Shown here: in pieces, positions 10,336 through 23,284 of the stretch
Numbering within the stretch: the stretch's first letter is position 1
Layout: the number at the start of each line of letters is the position of its first letter
NCBI GenBank assembly: GCA_964187785.1
Contig: OZ076409.1
Span: forward strand, 43,774,001 to 43,838,000
DNA: 64,000 nt
Reading direction: 5' to 3'
Source: Amphiscolops sp. MND2022
Taxonomy: Eukaryota
The notes under the pieces: generated by a model
Told to the model about the DNA's origin: nothing
Database searches by the model: none
What the model saw: only the letters and a program-made list of their open reading frames with translations
Position numbers and translations under genes: made by a program

Positions 10336-11274
10336 TTTTGGTTGCCTGAAAAAAAATAAAATAGTTTCAGAATATGTCGAACTTATTTTCCTTCTCACAA
10401 CAAGAATTAAAACAATCTCTATACTAGATTTTCGGTGTGAGGGTCTCTGCTAGTGTGGTAAACAAGAAAAAATGAACCTTCATCTTGGGCTGCATGAAAC
10501 GCAAGCTAGGATTTTACATAATTTGATTTCGTTTTCTAAACATTAATTTAAGGTTATGAGAAGACAAATTGATTGTATTAGATGATGGACAAGTTTCCAT
10601 TAATTAGCAGATTGTGTTGCTTTCAGTTCTGACAAAAATTTGATAAATTACTACGATAATCGACTTTTCTTGCAAAAAAGCTGGATTCCATGTATTAAGA
10701 TAGGAAATTGAAAAGAAAAGTAGGAAACCAGATAATAAATAGACAATGCAAAATTTTTTGGAGCAAAGTTGAATGTCTTCAAGAGATAACGAAGTACCTG
10801 TCAAATAAACGCCTAAATCAATGTTGCAAAAGTCAATTCAATAGTAAATGCGATCAACAAAAATGAAGCGATCGCAAATATAAACTGTATAAAATTTGCT
10901 TTCGACACGGTTGGAAGGATACAAAAACCCCAAGTGGAATTTTTGTACTGTTAGACTATTGATTTGTGTTTTTTTTCTAAAAAAAGGTTCTTTTCTGAAT
11001 TTTTTTGTTTTCAGTTTAGCAAAAGTCGTAGTTCGGTTGATGCTCAAATTCTTTGCGTTTTGGTTTCTTAAACAGATGCCCACTTGAGCTGTTTCCGGCT
11101 CGTTTCAATTTGCTTTGGGTTATCGCCTGATCACTTGAACCCGACTGCGCGATCATGGACCCAGGAAATAGGTATGAAGCGGCAAGCTGCCACATCGCTG
11201 TTAATTGCGATCTTGGAGAAGCCTAAAGAGATGAGGCCTTATTGTACTTGGACTCATTTCGGCAGTATTCGTTG

Positions 11275-12248
11275 CCCAGGTTGTCTGTCATGGGTCGTTC
11301 ATGGAAAATCATCCATGATCATGGATTTTTCGACGCATTACTTCTACTTTCATGGAAGATCATGGATGGCCCATGGCAGGGCATGGCCCCATGGATCATC
11401 ATCCGAGATTTTGACCCATGACTCAAAGGGCCATGTTGAAAATTTCGTTCAAAGGCGAAAATTTTCTCCTACCGTGTCAGTTTTTGTCTTTTGTTCTTTC
11501 TCTTTATTCTGAGGGCTACCTTAATGACCCGATAGCATTAAGGACGCTTTTTGGCACCGCGTATCCTGAAGCCGCAAGATAGGTAAGATTTTAGAAAGCA
11601 TTAGGTGGGCTTTTCATGGTTTTCGACGGAATTGCGGAAAAACGAGTCTTTTCCGATCAATTTTAGAGAAAATGTAGAAATATTCTAGTTTGTATCTAGA
11701 TCAATGCCTCGACCGATTGCGACCTGAATTCTGCAATTATATTGTCTAATACCTGAGAATCGTACTGTAGTTTTGTTGAATTAATGTTTTCTTTCCGAAA
11801 AATCTTGTTACAAAACGCCTCTTTTCAGATCAGTTGAGATGTTAGTTTTTTGGGACTCTTCAGAGGCCACGTTCTCGTCGTGAGTCCTGTCACGTATGGT
11901 ATATCTATAAACTAACGCGCTAGCAGAGAGCCTCCAACCCAGAATAAGGACACTTTTCACTGACTGGATGCTTTGCTTTCAGTTGAACTGAATATCTGAC
12001 AGTAAGGTTCTAACTTCATTTTGTTTCAGCTTAAGTAAAGGAAAGTGGTCAAAAACAGGACCATATCCTTTTTTGAAGGCAGTTTTGGCTATCGGAACGG
12101 CTCGTTTTAATTTTTTTCAGCCATGGCACATGGAATTCCATCCATGATTCATAGATTTTCATACATTGCCCATGTCATGGGCCATGCCATGGCGAGCCAT
12201 GAATCATGGATGAATCATGGATGGCGTGCCATGGCGTGACAACCTGGG
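11275..12248. mobile_element. Non-autonomous DNA transposon (MITE, CMC/EnSpm-like termini)
   Basis: TIR CCCAGGTTGTC...GACAACCTGGG; dense CCATGG/CATGGA subterminal repeats at both ends; flanks TG and TA (possibly a mutated TA TSD). Confidence 0.75.
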
Positions 12249-13299
12249 TACATATGGCAGCATCTTGCCAAACTTTGGCAAAACAACAAAGCATTTCCCA
12301 CTTTACAATGGATGAGTCTGCCATATGAGCAACATCTTGTAATATTATAGCTTTCTATGCTTTTTTGTCCAGTTTCAAACTGTTTAGTGAGATGGAAAGT
12401 CCGTAAAAACTCCCAAGACGAAGAAGCCAGCTAGTAGGGTTGCTTTTTCACAGAGACTCAGGAATTTTAGGAAAGAATAAATGTCTCAAAGTTAGCCCTA
12501 GAAAACTGCTATGTGACTGAATTTTGCGATTTGCACATATTTTTGTGCAAAGTTTGATCAGTTTTCGAACATTTCAGCCGATTTGAACATCGAAAAGAAT
12601 TCCATACAAGAAACCAGCTAATCAAGACTTCCAATTTCAAGTTTTGTCACCCATTGCTTGTATTTTTGAACATTATTGCAGTTTTTGTTTCCAAAAAGTT
12701 TAAGACAATGGAAGCAGCTTTTCATGATGCTTTTTGAAGAAAAATCCGAAAACTTTTGTGGATGAAGTGTGTCAAAAATGACATTACATTAGTTGAAATT
12801 TTCCAAGTTTTTAGAATTGAAAATGTTGACAATTTTGGTGTAGTTTTGGATTTCTTCGTAAGTTGGAATGTTCAAAAAGTTTCATTGTGCAAAAACTATC
12901 TATCCAAGAGGTTTCAAAAAAGTAGAATTCCTTTGTTGAACAGGGGCCTCAAAATTAATCGCAAAATACATGGAATGTTTTACCGTTTTCCGGGGGAATT
13001 CAAAACATCCAAATTTTCAATTACGATGCCACGTGCTATCCCGAATACTTTTGTCGAGGGATACCTAAAAGTTATCTTGAAGAAATGTCTCAAAAAAAAC
13101 CACGAAAAAACGTGAAATTTTCACTCTTTTCAATGTTTCGGGCACGACTATTGCACAACTTTTGAAGTTTTTGAAACATTAAAGTTTCATGACAGTTCAA
13201 CAAAGAACCAGCTGGCTATCCCCGAGGCTGTTACGAAAATTATTGCGACGCTTTTTGGAAAAAAACATTAAATTGCTTGCTTTTTGACACTTCGATGCA

Positions 13300-14127
13300 A
13301 ATTTCTCTCCCATTTGAGTTTTTTTGTTGAAAATAAAAACTTTCCCAAAGGGTCCCCTTCAATTTTTTTTGGAGTTTTGCGACAGAATGGATGTTGAAAA
13401 ACTCCAAAGGGTCCCTTTCAGTTTTTTTTGGCATTGTGAGACTTTTCGCAATTTTTTTTCCACGAAAGAGTCCCCCTTTAATTTTTTTGATGATTCGAAA
13501 CAGAATGGATGAAAAATCTTAATGCGTCATCCCTGGTGCGCCAATTAGGTTCACCTTTTGGGTTTTTTCGAGTGCTGTAGAAGATAATATTTTGACGCTT
13601 TGACGTCCTTTTGCTATTTTTGAGTCTTAGATATGGCGCCAACTTGGGCCGGTCCCGACTCTTACAGTGGCTAGTTTTTTTTCTTTTTTTTTCGTCAGAC
13701 TACAATCTCACTCTGATTCGGCCACTTTTCTTACAATCGATACTACTAAAACTACTACCATAAGGCCAAGTCCGGTCAGCGGAAATTAGTGCAAAAGGGT
13801 CATTCTTTCATTTTTTACTTTTTTAACGTAACCTACAAAACCGGACGAGACTAAAGGGTCCCCCCTTTCGATTTTTTTTCGGCATTGTGCGACTTTTTTT
13901 CGAAAATTTTTCAATGTCTCAAAAGAGTCCCCCTTTCGAGTTTTTTGATATTTTGCAACAGAATATATGTTAATAAAGCCCAGAGGGTCCCCCCTTTTAC
14001 ATTTTTCGGCACTATGCGACATTTTCTGAAAGAAAAAAATCAAAAATTTCAATTTTTTTTAATAAAAAGACTTTTGCGCTTTTTGAGCCTTAGATATAGC
14101 GCCGACTTAAGACGTTCCCGTCTTGTT
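13300..14127 (+). mobile_element. Two fused DINE-1/HINE-like copies
   Basis: Internal AAAGGGTCCCC units. The first 3' end at 13635-13656 is joined through cccgact to the 5' part of a second copy that ends gcgccgact-taagacgttcccgtcttgtt. Confidence 0.65.
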
Positions 14128-15453
14128 CACACCCAAAACGCCTCAATCAAGAGCCAAATATACCCATTTTTGAAATTTCCATGCTTTTCTCGATAGTGTT
14201 CGCATATTTCTGTAGTGCGAATGTTCATGGAGTTCATCAAGGAAAAGTTTGCCTACTAAACATACTTTATTTGGAGAACATCATTTCAGTTTTTTTTCAA
14301 AGTGTTAGAAGTGTTCATGCTCGAGCTTTGAGACAATGTCGTACCTATTTATTTTGGGTTGGAAAGTATCCCGCTGCTCAGCGGGCGGCGACTTTTTTTA
14401 AAAAAAAACTATTTTTCGACGTATGAACTTTAAAAGTAATTATTGCTCCAACAGAAACTTTTTAAACCAATCACTGAATTATCTTCTGTCTAAACGTACA
14501 TGTTTTGCACACTTTTTTTACGTATTTGTAACTTTGTTGAACCAAAAAATTATACATGTAATGCGGATGTCCTTCAGATGTACCAGCTATAGTATTATGG
14601 TCTTCACTAATGATTGAGAAATAGCTGCGACTAATTGGTTCACAAAACAGCCAGTCCCTGTTGTGGGGAGTTTGTTCACGCATGGACCAGTAAACACTGA
14701 ATTTTTTGTCTGAACAACGTCACTGCATCATTCTTGCGAAAAAAGTAAGTCTGATTGAAAATTTGTGCAATTCAGCCATTGCAGTCATCAAGGTTATGTA
14801 ATTAAAAAGTTTTCAGTGCGTCAGCGACGAGACAGTAATCAGGTACAATGAAAAGATTGGTCTCTAATTCCCTTCTACCCTATTAGGCCAAGTCATAATA
14901 TAATCAGCAAGCAAGAAAAACAAGACATTAATCACCTCAAATTTCGGTTGCATTTCAAGTTGATATTTTGTGTGCCATTCAACGTAGCAGCCAAATTTAA
15001 GAACAGGATACCTTGATAATTCATTTGCCCTATGCTGTTTCCCGTTTCTCGTTAATTGACCGGTGGATCTACCGTACACAGAATTGGTACAGTTTAGATA
15101 AGGAAATTTGATAAAGTTACGTCATCAAGTCTGTTTAGTGAGAAAAAAAACAGGATATGCTTGAAGCTATTTTTATTCATGCTTGCGTCACCACTTACTT
15201 TCAATGTCATCGAAGAATGACTGGTTGACAAATCCCTTCCCTACTTTAACCTTGCAGTTACTATATTTATAATCCTAATTCGATAGATGCATATAGAAAA
15301 CATCGACAAATAATTGGAAGAATTCAAAAATCAGTGATTAGTTTGCTAATAATTAAAGATCAGTTAGCACATACATTTACATCTAATTTAGGGCCTTCGT
15401 TTTTAGAAATAGCGTTTGAATAAGTAGACTATTAAACACTTTTGTGAAAGAAA

Positions 15454-16303
15454 TTTAACGGCACCCTGTGATCAACAAAATTTTCGAAGTTTGACAATTT
15501 TCTGAAAAATTCGTTCAAAAGTGACGTGGCCCTCAAACATGAATTCACGAGGTACCAGTCCCGCAAAATCATAGACGGAGAGCGCAAGAACCGAAAAACC
15601 GTAGCCTTTGCGCTAATTCCCACGGTGCCCATCGCAGTTCGTACAAAAGCAGTATGTCCGAGTAATTGCAATATCCGAACCCAGGGTTGTGCCGAACCCG
15701 AGAACCAGTGCCATGCCACCTAGACCCAATTCGCCAAACTGGATTTTAACTCTTCTTTGATGTATTTATTGATTTGTTTGATGAATTCTTGATCCGAGAG
15801 CTACCTTCGTTAATGTTGATGTATGTCATTTACGATAGATTCCCATCTGGATCGTTCAATTTAGTTCTATGCAACTTGACCCCTTTTTTACAGGCTATTT
15901 ACGCAGTGGATACGAAGAAAAAGCGTATTTAATGTGACTAGTAGCAGTTACAGACCGGAACAGGTCAGAAAGCATCCCTAGAGACGGTTCTAGGTTCTAG
16001 ACGGTTCTATTTACGATAGATTCCCATCTGGATCGTTCAATTTAGTTCTATGCAACTTGACCCCTTTTTTACAGGCTATTTACGCAGTGGATACGAAGAA
16101 AAAGCGTATTTCATGTGACTAGTAGCAGTTACAGACCGGAACAGGTCAGAAAGCATCCCTAGAGACGGTTCTCCCTTCTCGGGACCGGCATTCCTTAGGA
16201 GGACAAAATGGACTGGAGTTGTGGTGATTAGTCCCGAATCTTGACCAATGCTTCGGTTCCTCCATCCCTTGTAGCGAATAAACGCTCAGCGCTTTTCATT
16301 ACA
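15454..16303 (+). repeat. Solo LTR related to the Gypsy A LTR, with an internal 164-bp duplication
   Basis: Starts tttaacggca (cf. tgtaacggca) and ends cattaca; shares aaaattcgttcaaa..tgacgtggc, agcagttacagac, agacggttc and gttcctcca blocks with 8428-9159. No clean TSD. Confidence 0.72.
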
Positions 16304-17322
16304 AAACTAGTGCCTTGACTTACTTTTTTCATTTTGGAAGTACATTTGAATATGTGAGGCGAGATCAAGACTTCAAACAACAATCTGGGACAAATGGCAA
16401 CAGCGAAAACTGAGAAGCCAGAACAACAGTAGCATTCCGAACCGTTAAGTTTGAACGTTAACGCAACCTTGAAGAAGGCTCACCATTCAAAACTAAAATG
16501 GTGAATCTGATCGATTTATTTCAAACATTCAAGTTTAACCACCGTCTGCTTGATAAAAGGAAACATTACGCATTTCTTATTCGGTTCTTTTTGGAACTTT
16601 CTAGTTTGAATCATCAAAACGTTCTTTGCAGGCGAATCGAGTTCCAAATCAAATGAAACTCTGACAAACTTTTGAAATTTCAAGATTGGCGGTGTGCACT
16701 GAAACTCTCAGAAAAAATTCTATCATATCCCTATAATTTTTTTCTTAATATCAACGTCCCTTAGTTTGAATTGCTGAAAATTCTAACCAATAGAGAATGA
16801 ATGAGCCCTTGGTAGGGGAATTAGGCTTATTTTTTGGATCCCATCTCCCACGCTGATACTGTATTTGCGGTTGATCATACCGCTCCACGGCTGGAAGTCG
16901 CTGTACTCGGATCCTTGAGATTCACTTCCACTTCCATTACTGCCAGTTTTGTTGCCGTTGCTTTTCCTCTGTGCCTTGCTTCGATTGCCTCTGTTTTCTT
17001 TTGCGCAAGTGTTTTGTTCAAACTTCTTGATTTGATCACCAATAGTCTGTTTTGATTCGTCAATTTCAGCCACGGAGACTGATTTTTGTTTCTCCAGTTT
17101 ACGTTTCGAGCCCCCAGATCCGAGAACAAGTTTTGGAACCGTTAGGGTCGAGCCGTATTTTTTCTAAACAAAAATTATTCGAACTACCTAAGTAACTCCA
17201 CACCATGAAAAATTGCTAACAATAGTTTTGAAATTATGAATCATATGTAGGGAGAAACAGGGAACGGCATAAGTCGGTGCAACGCTTAAGGCTCAAAAAG
17301 CGCAAACTATTTCAAAGCGTTA

Positions 17323-18265
17323 CCCGGGTCGACCCTCCATGAATATCTTAATAAGATCTTGGCAAGATCTTGCCAAGATCTTGGAAAAATCTTAGCTAAG
17401 ATCGTGACAAGATATTGCCAAGAATTGCAAGATGCCATGGTAAGATCTTATCAAGAGACCATGTTTCCAAGAAAACTTTTATTGTAAAATCCTATTTGGA
17501 AAGAAAAAATCTGAAAGGAAGTCAACAAAAATCAACATTTCTGCAGATTTATATTGTTAGACATTAAAACCTCTGTTAGCAATGTATAAAATTTGATTGA
17601 AGAGATATTTCTTTAGGAAGACGAGACGCTGGTTAAATTGTTCTTTCAATTGCAAAACTGTCGCCAACAACGGCGTCATAAAAGCCTCGAGCTGAATCAT
17701 TACCCAAATTAGTGCAATGACCGCTGTTTCTAGCAGTAATAAGGCTGCTGTTTAGGAGGAGGTTCTAAGAAAGCTGAAAATATGCATTTTACAAAAATTT
17801 CCGGATTTTAAGGTCTTTCCTTTGTAACTTTCCGATAGTGGGTCTGGAGTCCAGGAGTGATAAATTACAAGTTTTGAAAAGCCCTTGAAATGACCTTTCA
17901 TTTGGTACATTCGCATTTCTCATTCTTAAACAGGTGGGCAGTTATTAGGATTCTCGTCAAATTTTCGTAAGCCAGACTACGTTATCGTAATTTTTCACTC
18001 ATTTTTGCATGCAAAATTTTTTCAGCAGGTTTAAGCATTTTGATTATGAAAACGAGTAGAGATAGTCGTTGTTGGGTGAAATGACCCTTTAGATTGAGTC
18101 TCGGCTGCTTGTACCGAAGGTATAGTGTTTTTTTTATAATCTTAAAATTTTGTCCATCGTGATAAGATACGATCTTGGAATAAGTATTAGCTTAGTATGA
18201 TCTTAATAAGAATCTTGCCATGGGATCCATGGTAGCCAAGATGCTAGTAAGAGGGTCAACCCGGG
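17323..18265. mobile_element. Non-autonomous DNA transposon (MITE, CMC/EnSpm-like), nested in a - strand HINE-like copy
   Basis: TIR CCCGGGTCGACCCTC...GAGGGTCAACCCGGG flanked by TA/TA; AAGATCTT palindromic subterminal repeats. Confidence 0.8.
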
Positions 18266-18557
18266 TAAGGAACCGTTTCTGAAAAAATTGAAAAATTGTT
18301 ATTCCTACAGCGACAGCGTGAAGAAAACTAGGAACAAGCCTTTTGAGCGTGAAAACGCCGTATTTTAACTTTAAAAAAATCAAAAATGCGGTTTCAATGA
18401 AAGTTCGAAAGTCTCACAATGCCAAACAATAACTACCCTTTATGCTTTAAAATGCTTTTTCTGGCACCAAATGATGAAACTACTTTTTGTGAAATGAGAA
18501 AATCTTGTACAAAAAATACACAATCCACAAAAAGAGGACCCTTTGGGATTGAAAGGG

Positions 18558-18934
18558 TTTTTTAGTCGGCGTTTTCGAAGAAAATCCCGACTCTTACAGT
18601 GGCTAGTTTTTTTCGTCAGTTCAACGCGAACGTCCACTTTTTGTGCATTAAGGCAATTAATGCACATTTACAAATTTTTACCATATGTACTTAGTACTTC
18701 ATTTTCAACGTATCCGAAGCGTCTAACATGAGATGAAAAGCGTCCCCCCGTTTACATTTTTCGGGACTATGCGACTTACCGGAAACTTCAAAAAAAAATT
18801 CAAAAAAATCGGAAATTTTTTTCTCAATTTTTAGTTTTTTGAGAGCTTTTGTTGTCTCCAGTTGTAGAAAAAGTGGTGTTCGAGTCTTTTTGAGCCTTAG
18901 ATATGGCGCCGACTTGGGCCGTTCCCGCCTTGTT
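18558..18934 (+). mobile_element. DINE-1/HINE-like non-autonomous element
   Basis: 5' tttttt-AGTCGGCG with a nearby inverted ccgact; 3' GGCGCCGACT followed by gggccgttcccgccttgtt. Confidence 0.7.
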
Positions 18935-20379
18935 CTAGCTAAAAATGGGGTCGCTAAAAATTTCTAGTCGAAAAACCACATGGGGACCCTTTGGTGAAAT
19001 GAACAATTTATCTAGACAAAAGTCGTAAAGTGCCAAAAATGAAGCCACATTTGCTCATAAATGTCAATAAATATTTCCGAAAATGGAAAAGAAGTACCCG
19101 TTGATTCATTTTGGCATTTTGTGGAAATTCTGTGGTCTGTGGCCACCGGATTGACAAAAAAAAGCAGAAGATACCGACCGTTTCAAACAATTATCACTAA
19201 AAATTATCCCGGCATTGCCGAAAATGGCAAAAATACCGTTTTTGAAGAGCTTCCGATTTTAAGTTGTTTGAAAACGTTGCAGAAAGCGACAAACGTTGGA
19301 CCTAAGTGGACGACCCCAAAGTAAAATGGTCTTTTGTGTGTAGGGTACCGACACAATATACAAGGCCTTGATGCTGTTCCTTACAACCTTATGATATCAA
19401 AAAGGTAAACAGGACCAAAAATAGTTTTTTAAGATGATTGATGTCCATTTTCTGCACTGGAAAAAACGTTGAAAACAAACAATTTCACTTTTCTGTTTAC
19501 AAGTATGAGCGGGAGAAAATTTCATTTTTCGTTGTTTCATTGAAGACATTATGTGATAACCTTTAACCTTTTGGATAAGTTTTCAATCAAAGTTTAAGCT
19601 GAATATTTTTAGAAAAAAAGTATTTTCGAAAATATGACACCATTTAATTAATACTTTCAATTGGTTGACGCAAACCGGATTATTAGCAGTTATCATCCAC
19701 TTATCATTTTATGACAATCAAAAGGTCATTGCAATGAGTAATTTAACAGATTGTGATAGGAGAAATTCAATTAAAAGTGTTTTTTATCAATAGACGCCAT
19801 ATCAATGTACTACACTTTTTCGCCGGAATCATATCTCTAAATACCTAAAGTACAAATGAGTAAAGAAAACAATCATCAAGGACAATTTCTATACATATGA
19901 TGGATAAATTACAATGGGAAATATTTTCATTCTGAAGGACAAGTTTCTTCGTTCATTTCTCTATCAATGTAAAATAAGTGTTGGAAAAGGTATTTAAAAG
20001 CCATGGAAGAATCAGTGAATCAACAGCGGTCAGATTTTTATCCCAGTGTTTCAAATCATGCCAAACTCACATGATTTTCCAACATTCAATGTTTTCACAA
20101 GGTTACTACATTAACCGTTTTATTATTTTCCGCCCATATTTTTTATGGGAAAGGAAAATATTTGAATCAAACGGTTTTCTTACAAAATTTGCCAAGCACC
20201 AAATTTATATTTAACTTTAAGGGTTACCCATAGAATTCAACTCACACAAACTTAGCTTCGTGCGATTTGTATTTGTGGAGAATTCTGGACGTTTTCAGTT
20301 GACCCCAAGGACCCCAGAACGACCCAAAAATAGTAAAAACTGCAAAAATTTCCCGTTTCTTACATTTCATTGCAATTTT

Positions 20380-21470
20380 TGTCAATTTTTCGATAGATGT
20401 GGTGGATTTGAATGTTCAAAAGGTTCAACAAGGCAAGAATTTGTTGTCCAGTAGTCGTTTATGAAGAGATAAAAGCGATTTTTTGGAAAGAAAAAGACCC
20501 AAAAATGACAAAATACCAAAATCTTTTAACGTTTTTAAGCAATTTTTGTCAAATTTTCGATAAACTTCGTGAATTAGAATGTTGGAAATGACACTAATTT
20601 GTTGTCCAGTAGTCTTTTCTGATAAGATAATTGCTGTTTTGGATATGAAAAAATCTCAGAATTTCAAAATTTGACACGGTGAACGACAAAAATCCCGAAA
20701 TTTTTCCAATTTTCAAAGCGTTTATGCGTTTTTCCCAAAATTTCGACAGACATTGTAGGTTGGAACGTTGAAAAGGGTCAACAAAGAAAGAGTGTGTTGT
20801 CCAGTGGGCTTTTCCGAAGAGTTAATTGCAATTTTTTGGGTGAAAGTGTCTCAAATTAACACAGAAAATGGCAAAAAACTCATTTTTCAAAGTGTTTATG
20901 CATTTTTTATCCAAATCTTTGACGGACTTTGTAGATTGGAACGTTGGAAAGGGTCAACAAAGAAAAAATGCCTTGTCCAGTAGGATTTTCGGAAAAGTTT
21001 GTTGTACTTTTTTCAGTTAAAAAGTCTCAAATTGACACCAAAACTGACGAAAATCCAAAAGTTTTCCATTTTTCGAACATTTTATGCATTTTGTTCCAAA
21101 TTATCGACGAAATTCGTCAACTGGAACGTTGAAAAGAGCCCACGAGGAAAAAATATGTTGTCCAGAATGTTTAGAAAAGAGATAAATGCAGTTTTCAAAC
21201 GAAAAATGTCCAGAATTGACATCGAAAAAGACCAAATTTTGAAAACCTTTTTGATTTTCAATATTTTTGTTCGATTTTTGTCAAAAAAACGAAAGACTTC
21301 GTAGAATAGAATGTTAAAACGCCTAAAGCATGGACAAACTTGTTGTATCGGTGAGCTTTCGTCACGAGATAAGTTCAATTTGTGAAAAAAATGCCTCAAA
21401 CTGACCTTGACCTGTCAAAAAAATTGCAGTTTTTGTCGTTTTTCATGCAATATCTGTACATTTTCCGAGA
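20380..21470. repeat. Diverged tandem array, about 160-200-bp units, about 6 copies
   Basis: Recurring ttgtccagtag anchors near 20444, 20602, 20797, 20973, 21158 and 21343, each preceded by similar gga(a)cgttg(g)aaa.gg.caac blocks. Confidence 0.7.
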
Positions 21471-21548
21471 GATTTCACAAGTTCCAACACAAGCAACTCA
21501 AAAACGAAAGTACGAGCTTTGCATTACATTTTTTGAAGAAAATCTTGC

Positions 21549-23284
21549 TGTCGTAAGCATTAGAGTCTACTACGCCATCATTTTGGCGGTTACAATTAGG
21601 CTTACTAGTTGAACTGTCCTTAGGGTTACTATTTTGCAGTCCTTCGGAGTATACTTCCGGTCTCTCGGACGAAACGTTCCATCTACTCTGAGTCGAGAGT
21701 CCCGATCCGGCTCTTAAGGCGCACTGAATCTGAGGCAATATCTGATTGCTGATTGCATCACTAATCGCCCTTTGAATCTGGGAATTGACACTACACATCA
21801 TATCATCTAACTCCCTCGACAGTCTCGAGTTCAACTCGCTTGACATCTTGTTAATCTCAGCACTAGAATTACCTCCAGTTGAAATCTGGCCATAATCGGC
21901 ATTATTACCAGGACCTAAGTCTCTTGTGGCTGAGTTTCTATTTTCACCATTATTCTCTAATTCATCTGCAGAAGTACTACCCGGCCTTCTGCCAAAATTA
22001 CTGCTAACACTTTCATCTCTCTCATTTCTACCGAAATGGTTTTCCCCTAACATAATATCGAGGTTTTCTATGTCAGACAGCATTTCTATTCCTCTTGACT
22101 TCCTGGCCTTCTTTTGTCTTCTTGTAGTAGGCATTAAGAATTCGAGGTTGAATAATTTATTGGTGGTCTAGGTTTGCAATCTATAAAAGCGGAACAAACT
22201 AAGTTTGAGTATCATAAAGACAATTGTGTCCACCTCTCGGAACGGGTAGGTATATTTACTTCCGAGAGAATGGAATTTACATATTTTGATATAATACCCG
22301 CAATTTACAAATTCCTTAAGTCACGAGGTTAAGGCACAACACTGGTTAAAATGAGGCGGTTAGCACCTTATCAAAGAACTCTAGGAATTCATACTTGTTA
22401 GGGTCACGAAGTTATATCTTTCCATTTGAAAACATCAACGATATTACTATACGTCATCATAGTTGAGTAGCATCGGCAACAAACTTCAAAAAAATACATA
22501 ACACAACTATCTAAGGAATGTTCATTACGGAATGCTGCCACGCGCCTGCAAATGTCGGCCGTTGCAACAAACAAGTAGCTTTAGCGTAAATCACGAAACA
22601 AAGCACAACATGTCCTAAATCGGCCGTAGGACTTTAATTCATTCAGAGTGAATAGCCTAGTTAGTCCAAAGGACTGGTACTAAGAATTGGGTTGGTATGG
22701 GGGTACTAATTATTTCAAAGAACGTAAAAGCACTAATTATTAACTTCAGGTGTAAATAGAGAGCTTACATGACTATTGAGCACTACAACATTATTAATAC
22801 AATAAGCTACAACAATGACTAAAGCAAAGCCTAATCCGGCCATCTGCCTGGTATTCCAACTAATTAATGCACCATTAAGACAAACGGACATATCCGGCCA
22901 ATTGATTAGAACAGTATTACATCATGAAATACTCGAATATGATTGGTTGGTACATTAGGCTCAAGTGACGCTTTCGGACTGAAAGCTACGTACACTCGAA
23001 TTCGTTTCCTTTAAGCTGTTTAGTAGCTTGCGTTGAACTATAATTTACATTGAGCATTGTTATTTTACAACTTGCAACTTCACTTGTCTAATGTATTATT
23101 AACAGACTAATACACAGTGTATCATAATGAAAATGTAGTTGACCTAGGCAAACATAAATATTGAGAGTAAGTTTTAGAGTTTAACATAAACCTGTTTAAA
23201 ACGTGGGTAGGGTTCCGGGTATAATCTCCTGACTGCCAGCTGAGGTCGTTATTAGAGTGCCATCACAGGCGGCAGCCTGCGACA
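21549..23284 (-). repeat. 3' LTR of Gypsy B
   Basis: Near-identical to 42387-44122 (about 14 substitutions by eye, no indels seen). Confidence 0.96.

Noticed and set aside
16783..17129. Host exon or BEL gag relic
   Set aside because: Two short overlapping frames with coding-like composition but no diagnostic motif.
21475..22134. Independent gene or second truncated Gypsy
   Set aside because: It is the 3' LTR copy of the LTR-encoded Gag N-terminus; the TSD shows both LTRs belong to one element.
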